A stretch of 64,000 nucleotides of DNA. Source: Candidatus Nomurabacteria bacterium. Lineage in GTDB: Bacteria; Patescibacteriota; Minisyncoccia; Phycocordibacterales; UBA918. The notes below the pieces were generated by a model. That model saw only the letters and a program-made list of their open reading frames with translations. It searched no databases and was not told the origin of the DNA. The first letter of the stretch is position 1. Each line of letters begins with the position of its first letter. Where the stretch lies: contig CP060229.1 in the NCBI GenBank assembly GCA_023898585.1, positions 918,587 through 982,586 on the forward strand, written 5' to 3'. The position numbers and the translations under genes were made by a program. Positions 43,792 through 52,242 of this stretch are shown in pieces.

Positions 43792-44269
43792 AAACTCTGG
43801 CGCTACCTGTTACGACCCCCCAAACAAAACAATCTTCTTGTTCATTGATAAGGATTGGATTATATCCTTCTTTTTCTGAAACTAGTGCCAATTCTTTATT
43901 GGTTTTTTTGAGCCGTTTAACCACTAATTCTCCACATACAGCAGCTACAACAATTGAGCCATTCTTCGCTTCGACCGATCGGTCGACGACTAAGATGTCA
44001 CCATCAAAGATTTTGGCTCCTTCCATGGAATCACCAGATACCCGCACGTAAAAAGTGGCAGTGGGGTTCTTTATCATTAAATCATTCAAATCCAACGGCT
44101 GTTCAACCAAATCGTCACCGGGTGAAGGAAAACCGGCCGCCGGTCTTGAGGAATACAAGTCAATCATTCGCTCACTCTTTACAGAAGCCGGGCGTCTTTC
44201 AACCACTTTTAATCGATCACTAATGCGTGTCATTTGCTTCATAGTACTTAAAAACGACAACTTAGACAA
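43781..44269 (-). CDS. umuD: UmuD-like S24 peptidase (SOS mutagenesis protein; no N-terminal HTH, so not LexA).
   Basis: AAGFPSPGDDLVEQPLDLNDLMIKNPTATFYVRVSGDSMEGAKIFDGDILVVDRSVEAKNGSIVVAAVCGELVVKRLKK aligns well with E. coli UmuD ([50 protein letters not shown]...IVIAAVDGEFTVKKL). Confidence 0.85.
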   Translation of the reverse strand: MSKLSFLSTMKQMTRISDRLKVVERRPASVKSERMIDLYSSRPAAGFPSPGDDLVEQPLDLNDLMIKNPTATFYVRVSGDSMEGAKIFDGDILVVDRSVEAKNGSIVVAAVCGELVVKRLKKTNKELALVSEKEGYNPILINEQEDCFVWGVVTGSARVFDR

Positions 44270-45443
44270 TTATTGCGCCCGCAGTAAGAAGAGAATGTGC
44301 GTACCAAAGACCACCCATGACTACCAACAGAACCAACCCGTAAGCAACTTGGGTAAAACGAAATCGCCTAGCCTCCCAGATAACGGAAATTATCAACAAG
44401 ACAATAACAGTGGTGCCAAGCATCGCATAGACGACCTGGAGTAGTTTATTAGGCATGGTCGCCATAGCCGGCACTCGTGAACCTGCGAATTGATTGTTAT
44501 TGGGCGTGGTGATGTTGGCTATCGCCAATCCGGAAGAAGTGGCAATGGCGGGCGATTCAATAACAACCACATCTTCTAGTAGCACATCTTCCTTGATAAT
44601 TTCTTTTTCAGACTGACTTTTAGCTACAAAATATTCCTCGTGATTATTGTATTGAACATTGCCATTATCGGTTTCTTCTCCACCCACCTTAGCAATTTCT
44701 GTTGTGTTGTTTTCACGAGAACGAGATGATTCTTCTGTTATTGCCGGAACTATAGGAGAACGTATTGCGATTTCCTGTACTGTTCCAGTGGTCGTGGTTG
44801 GGGGAGAAACTTTATCGACAGCAGAAGCAACCATTGGTTTTTCTGTATTATTTTTGTCTTGTATTTGTTTGGAGACAGCCGGTCTGCCAAACAACTGAAC
44901 CACATAAATGGTGTTGTATCCTTCATATTTTCCTTTGGCAGTGCCAACTCCGATCTCGGTATAGTGCTCGTTGACGATGTTTTCTCTGTGAGCCGGTGAC
45001 TCCATCCAGGCTTTTACCACTTCCTCTGAGTCGGTAAAGTGAATAGCTAGATTTTCACCAGCGTAGGCGTAGGCGTAACCAATCTTGTCAAACCAATACC
45101 AAGGCGAAACTCCATCTGGACTGAAATGTGAAAAATACTCATTTTGAGCCATGTGTTGAGCTTTTAGTTCCGCAGCTCGGTCGAGTATGGCGCTTCGCTG
45201 AAGTGGCGTTTCAGACAGACCGGCTCTTTCTTGATTGGTTAGATCAACGACAACCGCTGGCAAAACCGTCGATACCAGCCAGTCGGAAGATTGCCACAAG
45301 ACAGCGTGCAGATTAGCGACGACAAAACTGACCAAGGTCAAGACACCCATGAGAGACATGGATATTTTTTGCAAAACATTTAGGCCACGCAAAGACGGTT
45401 GCATCTCATACATTCTACATGTGATTAGCTGTTTTATAAACAA
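44262..45443 (-). CDS. Membrane-anchored CAP/SCP/PR-1 (YkwD-like) domain protein. The true start is probably an internal ATG (45413 or 45359).
   Basis: CAP motifs ...LTNQERAGLSETPLQRSAILDRAAELKAQHMAQNEYFSH...GENLA...AWMESPAHRENIVNEHYTEIGVG.... N- and C-terminal TM segments. The called TTG start lies inside a terminator palindrome. Confidence 0.75.
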   Translation of the reverse strand: MFIKQLITCRMYEMQPSLRGLNVLQKISMSLMGVLTLVSFVVANLHAVLWQSSDWLVSTVLPAVVVDLTNQERAGLSETPLQRSAILDRAAELKAQHMAQNEYFSHFSPDGVSPWYWFDKIGYAYAYAGENLAIHFTDSEEVVKAWMESPAHRENIVNEHYTEIGVGTAKGKYEGYNTIYVVQLFGRPAVSKQIQDKNNTEKPMVASAVDKVSPPTTTTGTVQEIAIRSPIVPAITEESSRSRENNTTEIAKVGGEETDNGNVQYNNHEEYFVAKSQSEKEIIKEDVLLEDVVVIESPAIATSSGLAIANITTPNNNQFAGSRVPAMATMPNKLLQVVYAMLGTTVIVLLIISVIWEARRFRFTQVAYGLVLLVVMGGLWYAHSLLTAGAIIV

Positions 45444-45470
45444 AACGACCTGGCACAGGTCGTTTTGTTT
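45438..45470. terminator. Bidirectional rho-independent terminator (aaacaaaacgacctg-gca-caggtcgttttgttt). It is a perfect 15-nt-arm palindrome with a U-tract on both strands.
   Basis: Perfect inverted repeat. 24 bp downstream of the stop of the 45494..47581 gene (minus strand). The stem is followed by TTTTGTTT in both orientations. Confidence 0.6.
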
Positions 45471-45493
45471 AATCCTTCACCCATCAGCAGACA

Positions 45494-47581
45494 TCAGTCA
45501 TTTATAGCCGGTGCGTTTAAAGCTACATTTGCTGTTAAGTCTTCGCCAGTCAAATCGGGTAGAGCAACGTTTCCAGAACAAACAATGCTGTTTATTTTCC
45601 ACAGTGTTGTCTTATAGACAAATCCGGTCGGTTTGTTATGCGGAACAATCCCTTTTATAAACCAAGGATCAAGAACTTCAGCTTGGTACTTTGCTTGAAA
45701 AGCTCTTACATTGGCGTCTGTTATCTTGCCGAAAACACCAGTTACCGGATTCGGCGCAACAAAAATATTAAGGAACATTTGCAGTTTCTTCACCTCTTCA
45801 GGATCGTTATTAGCACCCATCTGCATATAACCAGTCAAAAACGGACAAAAACTGACGTCTGAGGCCCCAGCGACTTGAGGAACAGGCTTTTTAACTCTAG
45901 TCCCAGTACTCCGACTACCACTTTTTGATTTGGGCTCTTCTTCATCATCCGGGTCAGTTTCTCCAACAAACACGTTGTTGAATTCACAACGATAGGTAGG
46001 TTCATCGTTAATTAGGGACTGTTCAATTTGTTTATACAAAATCGGATACAATTCAAAACTACACAGCTCTTCATCAGCCTCAGTTTCAACCAGAGAACCA
46101 TTTTTAAATACTTCTGTCTGCATCCAGTCTACTGGTAACATTTCATACACATCCCAGCTTCCACTCGCCACGTCAAAGTAAAAATATCCGTTTGTATCAG
46201 TCGTGGTACTTAGTGGTGGATTAATGCCGTCTGAAGCGTAGATTACCCATTCTGCGAGTGGTACTCGGATTTCATCTTCCACTTTGTATTTGTAGCCATC
46301 GAGTCGGTAAGTAGTTGGCTTTGGGTCAGGATCAGGGTCTTTTTCGGGAATGTACGGTATGTCACAATTTTCCCCTTCTCCATGAATAACCAACTCATAG
46401 TACAAGCCGGCTGGATTTAATTCAGGATTTGCGTCACCGGCAAAATTCTCCACCACTACCTCTAACTCGTTATTTCCACCAGCAATCAAGCCTGTTACGT
46501 TATAGCTTTTTGTGGCGTCGAAATTAAACTCAGTCAAATCCTCGCCGGCAGTAGTACCGTTGACTTTAGCGGAAAAACTGTTGTCCGCCGCTATGATGAG
46601 CTCCGCACCGGTTACAACATCACCGCCCCACCCAAATCGACTAATAAAAGTCTGAGTTTCCGGATTTAGTGGGTCAACTGGGCCATCGTCACCCCAAATC
46701 CAATCTGAATCAGTGAGACTTGTCGTCCAAGAAGAGTGGATAAATGATAACTCGACTGCATTGGCTCCACCTTTCTCGACTACGGTGTTGCTGTTATTAC
46801 TGGTTAATTTTACGGTACAAAGAGTCGGTTTAGGATCGGGACCAGACTCCGGGCACTCGTTATTGTCTAGCCACCACGAACCAGGCTGACCACCATACAT
46901 TACATCCAGATTTTGACCTCCATAATCACCAACAACAGGTATAATGCTTCCATCATTTTCATCCGAGGAACCATAAACATCACCAATACTGCTAATAGGG
47001 ACATCAATAAAAGAAAAACTTCCTTCCGCAAAGTGGCAAATACTGACTTTCTCCTCCACCCAATCTCCTTTTAACTCGACCGACCTTAGAAAAACTTGGT
47101 CGCTTTCGTTACCGGGAACAGCTGTTACGTAAACATAGACCTCCAAATCTGCAACTTGAGCCTCAACTGGTAGCGCTATCGAAACAAAACCTTGTTCGGC
47201 AGAAGTTTCTCCCACCAGTCCTACGATGGTAGCTATATCATTATCACCGCCGGAATCACGCCAACCATAGGTGAAGCTGTCGTCAGTACCATCAAGCTCG
47301 GTGGAATCGTAATAAAAAGAAAACACTAAATTTTCGTAACTTGATGCATCGACTATGCCCGAATTGTAGGGTTGTGTCCCTTCTACAGTCTTAGTAGGAA
47401 CAGTAATTAAAAATGTTGAGGCTTCGGCAACAGAGAACGCGAGCGGGAAAGTGGCCAAAAATATGGTCGTTGTCGTTGTTATGGCAATTAATTTGGTCGT
47501 GATCTCTTGTCTAGATAAAGTAAATATGTTCATAAACCGATAAATAATAATTGCGGTAATAAAGCAAATATAATAAACCAC
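45494..47581 (-). CDS. Secreted large protein with a C-terminal peptidoglycan-binding domain (PG_binding_1-like).
   Basis: C-terminal ...EEVKKLQMFLNIFVAPNPVTGVFGKITDANVRAFQAKYQ... fits the PG_binding_1 pattern (LQ..L......DG.FG..T..AV..FQ). Signal peptide from MNIFTLSRQ.... Confidence 0.65.
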   Translation of the reverse strand: MVYYICFITAIIIYRFMNIFTLSRQEITTKLIAITTTTTIFLATFPLAFSVAEASTFLITVPTKTVEGTQPYNSGIVDASSYENLVFSFYYDSTELDGTDDSFTYGWRDSGGDNDIATIVGLVGETSAEQGFVSIALPVEAQVADLEVYVYVTAVPGNESDQVFLRSVELKGDWVEEKVSICHFAEGSFSFIDVPISSIGDVYGSSDENDGSIIPVVGDYGGQNLDVMYGGQPGSWWLDNNECPESGPDPKPTLCTVKLTSNNSNTVVEKGGANAVELSFIHSSWTTSLTDSDWIWGDDGPVDPLNPETQTFISRFGWGGDVVTGAELIIAADNSFSAKVNGTTAGEDLTEFNFDATKSYNVTGLIAGGNNELEVVVENFAGDANPELNPAGLYYELVIHGEGENCDIPYIPEKDPDPDPKPTTYRLDGYKYKVEDEIRVPLAEWVIYASDGINPPLSTTTDTNGYFYFDVASGSWDVYEMLPVDWMQTEVFKNGSLVETEADEELCSFELYPILYKQIEQSLINDEPTYRCEFNNVFVGETDPDDEEEPKSKSGSRSTGTRVKKPVPQVAGASDVSFCPFLTGYMQMGANNDPEEVKKLQMFLNIFVAPNPVTGVFGKITDANVRAFQAKYQAEVLDPWFIKGIVPHNKPTGFVYKTTLWKINSIVCSGNVALPDLTGEDLTANVALNAPAIND

Positions 47582-47844
47582 ACACTACTGCAATGTAGTT
47601 ACTGTGTTATTTACAATGTACTCTCTTCCCTATCTAAATGCAACATTTGACACACAAAAGCATTCTTGGCAATCACGGCATGTCCAGATGAGCCCGAACG
47701 TTGTTGCCTATCCCACAACAACATAATCACTTACAACCAAAAAATCCCTGGAGGGATCCATTGGTCTTATCTAGTATTTGCTTCTCTCAAGATAAGAAAA
47801 ACAAGAAGCAAAGTTAAATTGAATTCCATAATCTTTGTTCGCGC

Positions 47845-47895
47845 AAAATAACAGGGTCAGGTACGGTCTTACAAAATAACAGGGTCAGGTACGGT
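47845..47895. repeat. Two tandem REP-like copies (aaaataacagggtcaggtacggt, 28-bp period) on the left flank of the transposase gene.
   Basis: Exact 23-nt direct repeat at 47845..47867 and 47873..47895. The inverted copy is at 48622..48639. Confidence 0.55.
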
Positions 47896-47913
47896 TTTAC
47901 ACACTAATCTGTG

Positions 47914-48588
47914 TCATAATATTGTCTTTGGTCTACCAGAATTTCTTGTCGACGCCAGGAGTCCATACCGCTCTACGGTATCAAGAACATATTCTTCATC
48001 ACCATATGGCGTACTTTTTTGTTCTGACCCCTCAAGTTTTTCAATTTCCTTTGGAGACATTGGCTGGGTAAGCAAATCTAGATAATCACTTGGTTCTTCA
48101 ATCACCCAAGGAGACAAAAGCTTTTTTTGTTCTTCCTTTCCATTGTATCGTCGATAGACACTAGAGTATTTCCAGTCCAGTGGATTGGTCACTAATTTTG
48201 CTGTGAGGGGATTTCGTTCGACGTAGCGTAAAACAGTAAGTAGATGCAGGTCATCTTGAATGATGAATGACTTGTATCGTCCCTGATACAAACTACCAGA
48301 TCCATGAGTTTTGTTTTTCGCATGCCATCTACTGGCATGAGTTTGGGTAAACCATTTCATTAACTGGGACATCTCTCCATCTTGTTTGGTTTTGATTACT
48401 ATATGAAAATGGTTTGGCATTACACAATATGCCAGTATGTTGGATTGATAGATGTCCCAAGCGTCTTGGAGTACTTCCTCAAACAACTCGTAGTCTTCCT
48501 TGCTGTTAAAGATTTGTAGTCGTGCGTTTGCTCGGTTGATTATGTGGTAGTAGTTTTCTCCGATATCTAACCTTGGTGTTCTTGCCAT
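47914..48588 (-). CDS. IS200-like / COG1943 HuH tyrosine (Y1) transposase, REP-associated (RAYT)-type.
   Basis: HuH motif MPNHFHIVI and a Tyr block YQGRYKSFIIQDDLHLLTVLRYVERNPLTAKLV (compare COG1943 WQRSFYDH.I.DEE.L...YI..NPVK.GLV). Flanked by inverted REP-like repeats. Confidence 0.85.
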   Translation of the reverse strand: MARTPRLDIGENYYHIINRANARLQIFNSKEDYELFEEVLQDAWDIYQSNILAYCVMPNHFHIVIKTKQDGEMSQLMKWFTQTHASRWHAKNKTHGSGSLYQGRYKSFIIQDDLHLLTVLRYVERNPLTAKLVTNPLDWKYSSVYRRYNGKEEQKKLLSPWVIEEPSDYLDLLTQPMSPKEIEKLEGSEQKSTPYGDEEYVLDTVERYGLLASTRNSGRPKTIL

Positions 48589-48621
48589 GCTGTAATATTA
48601 TGCCACATGTTTGAGAGTTAA

Positions 48622-48666
48622 ACCGTACCTGACCCTGTTTATGCTGTTTATGTGACCCTGTTTATG
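48622..48666. repeat. Inverted REP-like copy (accgtacctgaccctgtt) plus two gaccctgtttatg half-repeats on the right flank of the transposase gene.
   Basis: 48622..48639 is the exact reverse complement of aacagggtcaggtacggt from the left flank. gaccctgtttatg recurs at 48631 and 48654. Confidence 0.55.
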
Positions 48667-48762
48667 CGGACACGCAAACATTCGCACAACACAAGTGTAC
48701 ACACAGGTTACTAACCCGAAATTAAAGAACATCAAAAGTCCCCTATGAAATTTCTTTCATAA

Positions 48763-50205
48763 TTAAATTTTGGAATTTGTATATGTAGTATACAAATACA
48801 TGAGGCCAAAAACTGTCACTATTAGATAAGGTAAGGGGTGGCAAATGTAAGGAGTGAGAAGTGAAACCAACATCGGAATTATTGGAAAAATCATCAAGTA
48901 TAAAGCTTCCTTTCTTGGTAACCAACCAGGATGTTTACGCCGTGCCAATTGATCAACCAAAACGGACACCAACCAAACCGCAAAGAAAACCAATCCCGCA
49001 CCGACTGAAGATATGAGATAAATCCAAATCCCCGCCAGGACAAACAATGTCCATATGAAAACCATGAGTCTGCCGTGCCTGTATTGTTCTGATGACACGG
49101 AACTTTTGAAGTCTTTGTAAAACACCCTTAATAAGACACCTATACTGAGTATCAGTGGCCACAAGATTGAGCAGACGCCATTACTTGAAAAAGGAGCGGG
49201 GAGAGTTTTTTCAGTGTCTACATCACCCCTTTCACCAATTGGGTTCTCTGGAGTGGTGGTTGATGATTCATCAGAACTTGTTGACTCCCCTTTAACCATA
49301 CCCAGGGACCCGAAACCGGATTGCGAAAAGGCCGGTTGTTGGTTATCAATAAAAGTAAAATTGGTGGCCGAAACACCGGCTACTTCTCCCGACGGAATGC
49401 CAAAACGGACTGCTTCTCCGACAGTAAAACTATCAGATTGATTACGTCTTCCGGCCGGACGACACTCGTACCGACCGGCAGAAAGACCGGTCAAGATCAT
49501 TGAATGAGACACGTCATCGGTCAATTCTTCCGGCAAGAAAAAATCGTAACCGAAAAACGGTTCTTCCGGGCTTAATGAGAAAGAATCACCCTCAAGTCTT
49601 CCACAAACCAGGTAGCTACTTGAATCACGGTTGGAATTCCAAGTTACATTCACGTCACCCTCACCTAGATTTACTAGAGCTTGCTCATTAAACAACCTCA
49701 GAGGATCTGTTATTCTTGTGCCACTTTGCGAAGACCCTTGTCTATTACTGACTGTTTCTCCCCCCTTAAAACCGATTATTAGATCAAAACCCATGGTTTT
49801 TTCCTGCCACACATTTTCAGAACCTGAGGGTAGACTGGCAGTAAAATAGTACGTTTTTTGTTCTCCTTCCGATAATTGACCGAGGTCAACGGGCAAATTG
49901 TTGAAAAAATTAGCAAAAGTATCAGAAAAAATAACGTTGTTTGATTCCGCTATCTCAAGCGACATGACGGAAGACAAACCGTCGCTAAAAACATCGCTCG
50001 CCCCCACTTGCACCAATTCCGTTTGTTCATTTGTATTTCGTACAACGACAGTTCGACTAACTGAATCGCCGGGCAAAATTTCAGTATTCACAAAAAGGGG
50101 CGATTCTTCAAAAGTAACCTCAAGAGAGGCAGATGCAGGTAATGGCAAAAAAACCAGTGAAGCCACAGCAATACTCAAGATTTTGACTGTATTCATAAAT
50201 TTCAT
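48763..50205 (-). CDS. TasA/camelysin-like extracellular domain fused to a C-terminal polytopic (about 4-5 TM) membrane anchor. It is the last gene of the sipW operon.
   Basis: Signal peptide then ASASLEVTFEESPLFVNTEILPGDS... (weaker SipW-cognate-like). Acidic/Ser-rich middle. C-terminal TM helices (VCSILWPLILSIGVLL, LMVFIWTLFVLAGIWIYLISSVGAGLVFFAVWLVSVLV, LYLMIFPIIPMLVSLL, LPYLIVTVFGLMYLY). 4-bp start/stop overlap with the LTD gene. Confidence 0.55.
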   Translation of the reverse strand: MKFMNTVKILSIAVASLVFLPLPASASLEVTFEESPLFVNTEILPGDSVSRTVVVRNTNEQTELVQVGASDVFSDGLSSVMSLEIAESNNVIFSDTFANFFNNLPVDLGQLSEGEQKTYYFTASLPSGSENVWQEKTMGFDLIIGFKGGETVSNRQGSSQSGTRITDPLRLFNEQALVNLGEGDVNVTWNSNRDSSSYLVCGRLEGDSFSLSPEEPFFGYDFFLPEELTDDVSHSMILTGLSAGRYECRPAGRRNQSDSFTVGEAVRFGIPSGEVAGVSATNFTFIDNQQPAFSQSGFGSLGMVKGESTSSDESSTTTPENPIGERGDVDTEKTLPAPFSSNGVCSILWPLILSIGVLLRVFYKDFKSSVSSEQYRHGRLMVFIWTLFVLAGIWIYLISSVGAGLVFFAVWLVSVLVDQLARRKHPGWLPRKEALYLMIFPIIPMLVSLLTPYICHPLPYLIVTVFGLMYLYTTYTNSKI

Positions 50206-51635
50206 AGTATTTCTTCCTTGATTTGCACTTCCGGTTCTTCAATTACCTCCTTTGGTCTGCTTGCCGATTCTAATTCTTCCTCCACGAGTTGAGGTTCTTC
50301 CTCTTTTTCGGTCTGTTCTAACTCTATATCGTCGTCTTTTCCCTTGTCGATCGCATCCTCGTCTTCCAACTTCATTTCTTCATCTTTAGTCTCAAGATCA
50401 ATCTCTTCACTTTCATCATAGACGGGTTCTTCTACTTCTAAACTTTCCGGATCTTCCTTTGTAACAGACTCAACAACATCTGATTCTGACCCTGAGTTTT
50501 CTTCACTAGATTCGCCTTCTTGTATCGCTGAATTATCGACAAAAGGAGGAGTTTCACTTTCACCAACTCCTTCATTCACGCTTTCTTCAGCTTTTTCTTC
50601 ATCTTCGTCTGTCACTGACATTTGATCGGACAATGACTGTGATAATTTTACCAAGTCCGCTTCGGTTGCAATGTTTGGTTCATTTGGAGTCGGAATCGGA
50701 TCTACCCACAAACCGGTGCCATCAGGCACTCGCGCATCAGAATTACCCTCCTTGGCTGTCTCATAAGTATAAGAATCAACTATTTTTGATTGTGAGTCGA
50801 TTAGAGTAACGGTATCACCGTCGTTATTTAAATACTGACTATTGCCGTTGAAACGTAGAGCGAGAAAACCATTAGCTGGTACGGTGGTCGCTCCACTACC
50901 ATCGTAAGCAATGAGGTCTGAAGCTCCCGTTGGGGTACTCTTGATAATATGTTCAGTCACAGCCCCAGAACCGGTGAGTTCGGTAATAATCCAGCCCGCC
51001 ACATCAACCGGCTCGTTCGCGTTGTTGTAAAGTTCTATAAACTCACGATCAATTCCATCCGGATCCGCCAGTATTTCGTTTAAAACCACAGTTCTCGCCC
51101 CCACTTCAAATGCAACTTCACGCAAATCACGATAACCGGCGTCATGTCTGTCCATATTCGACTGCCATGTCTCTATGCTAAAAGTGACAGAGCACGAAGC
51201 ACCGTGTTTAAAATTTAGTTGACTATCATCGTAAGCTATCTGAAAAATCCAATTTCCGAAAGTCGAAATTTCGGTAGTGGTAAAGGAGTCAACCAGACCA
51301 CTGACACTAAGACCGCCATTTCTTCCAACCAAAGATAGGCTACTACAAAAAGCATCGTCTCCGTTCGCTGAAGATTCGATAACATAGAGTGAATCGACAC
51401 TAGTCGATGAAGTGTTTATTGTGAGAGAAAATATTGAGGTATTCTGGTGTCCGGGACCCAAGTAGATGTCGTTAATCTCGCTTTCTATATCCAGAACCAA
51501 TTCCGAGGCTGTGAACGACTGTTCTTTGGTCGTTTCGACGTCGGATAAAAAAGCTAGCGATATGTTAGGTAAAAAAAGCACAATAAAAACAGCCGGGGGG
51601 AAGATTTTTCTTAATTGTGACTGATTAATATTCAT
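50202..51635 (-). CDS. Secreted protein with a SipW-cognate signal peptide, a TasA-like N-domain, a lamin tail domain (LTD) and a highly acidic Glu/Asp-rich C-terminal tail.
   Basis: LAFLSDVETTKEQSFTASELVLDI matches the SipW-cognate motif (AFFSDTE.S.GN.F.AG..DL). LTD: VVLNEILADPDGIDREFIELYNNANEPVDVAGWIITELTG...NDGDTVTLIDSQSKIVDSYTY (nt about 50700..51100). Acidic tail nt about 50205..50645. Confidence 0.8.
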   Translation of the reverse strand: MNINQSQLRKIFPPAVFIVLFLPNISLAFLSDVETTKEQSFTASELVLDIESEINDIYLGPGHQNTSIFSLTINTSSTSVDSLYVIESSANGDDAFCSSLSLVGRNGGLSVSGLVDSFTTTEISTFGNWIFQIAYDDSQLNFKHGASCSVTFSIETWQSNMDRHDAGYRDLREVAFEVGARTVVLNEILADPDGIDREFIELYNNANEPVDVAGWIITELTGSGAVTEHIIKSTPTGASDLIAYDGSGATTVPANGFLALRFNGNSQYLNNDGDTVTLIDSQSKIVDSYTYETAKEGNSDARVPDGTGLWVDPIPTPNEPNIATEADLVKLSQSLSDQMSVTDEDEEKAEESVNEGVGESETPPFVDNSAIQEGESSEENSGSESDVVESVTKEDPESLEVEEPVYDESEEIDLETKDEEMKLEDEDAIDKGKDDDIELEQTEKEEEPQLVEEELESASRPKEVIEEPEVQIKEEIL

Positions 51636-52216
51636 ATGCTCTCTGATTCTGAAAAAATCTTTTTACGATTCCTTACTTCCGCTACAATATTGCCTATTTC
51701 CTCAAAAGCGATAAACCCGGCCGGAATGCCGATTAATAGTGCAAAACCTAAGGGTTGACGGGCAAAATCAAGCAAATATCCAAGGAAAGGGAGAGACAAT
51801 ATCACTTTACCTCGAACTGAATCAACATCGACCAATTTCTCGTCCGGAGTCGCATTAGCATCACCCTTTGTCTCATAACTCAATTTACCTTCGCTGATGG
51901 AATCGGAAATGATTCTATGCGTGGTTGGCAAACTTGAGGCAAAGTCGCCACCAAAGGTGATGACATCACCAACTTCATATCGCTCAAACTTCTTTACCAC
52001 CACCAGACTACCAATAGGGATGGCTGGTTCCATAGATCCTGACTGTACGATCCTGACTTCATAGCCGGGCAAAATCGCTGTCTGCATGAGAAGTAATAGG
52101 GCACCAAAACCCAACACTACTAAAGCCAGGGTGTAATAACCTATTTTGAAAAGCAATTTCATGTTATTCCGACCAGCCATCGTGGGCTGGATGGTGGGGC
52201 GGTGGCCTTCGGCCAC
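51632..52216 (-). CDS. sipW: Signal peptidase I, SipW (archaeal/ER-type S26B). The likely true start is the ATG at 52162.
   Basis: N-terminal TM YYTLALVVLGFGALLLLMQTAILPGYEVRIVQSGSMEPAIPIGSLVVV (catalytic SGSMEP), plus a C-terminal TM. Flanked by genes with SipW-cognate signal peptides. The first 18 codons of the called ORF are occupied by a strong hairpin. Confidence 0.8.
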   Translation of the reverse strand: MAEGHRPTIQPTMAGRNNMKLLFKIGYYTLALVVLGFGALLLLMQTAILPGYEVRIVQSGSMEPAIPIGSLVVVKKFERYEVGDVITFGGDFASSLPTTHRIISDSISEGKLSYETKGDANATPDEKLVDVDSVRGKVILSLPFLGYLLDFARQPLGFALLIGIPAGFIAFEEIGNIVAEVRNRKKIFSESESI

Positions 52217-52224
52217 CGCCCCAC
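52173..52224 (-). promoter_or_regulatory. Intra-operon GC-rich stem-loop(s) between the tasA-like gene and sipW. One has a 14-bp perfect stem (gtggggcggtggcc/ggccaccgccccac) and an adjacent one has a 6-bp stem (ccagcc/ggctgg), with no U-tract.
   Basis: Perfect inverted repeat at 52194..52224 with a 3-nt loop. Second hairpin at 52173..52190. Located 19 nt after the tasA-like stop and about 10 nt before the sipW ATG. Confidence 0.45.
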
Positions 52225-52242
52225 GACCAACTCAAGAAGTAA

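Larger units (their letters stand above)
47845..48666 (-). mobile_element. RAYT/IS200-like transposase unit bounded by inverted REP-like repeats (2 copies left, 1.5 copies right).
   Basis: A single HuH transposase ORF bracketed by oppositely oriented repeat copies. It lies intergenic between two surface-protein operons. Confidence 0.5.

Noticed and set aside
43781-44269. The S24 peptidase gene as LexA.
   Set aside because: It has only 162 aa and no N-terminal winged-helix DNA-binding domain. It aligns along its whole length with UmuD.
45438-45470. The perfect palindrome upstream of the CAP/umuD genes as an SOS (LexA) operator.
   Set aside because: The arms are 15 nt with a 3-nt loop and U-tracts on both sides. 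It sits 24 bp after the stop of the upstream gene, so a bidirectional intrinsic terminator is the simpler explanation. It does not resemble CGAAC-N4-GTTCG or CTGT-N8-ACAG.
47911-47921. The 11-mer tgtgtcataat, shared between the transposase 3' end and the rsuA-like promoter region (57798..57808).
   Set aside because: One copy overlaps the stop codon and C-terminal codons of the transposase. There are only two copies and no flanking similarity, so this is probably chance.
48743-48925. 60-aa minus-strand ORF overlapping the 3' end of 48763..50205.
   Set aside because: It is in a different frame and almost entirely inside a longer ORF with clear membrane-helix periodicity. It has no start-site signals of its own.
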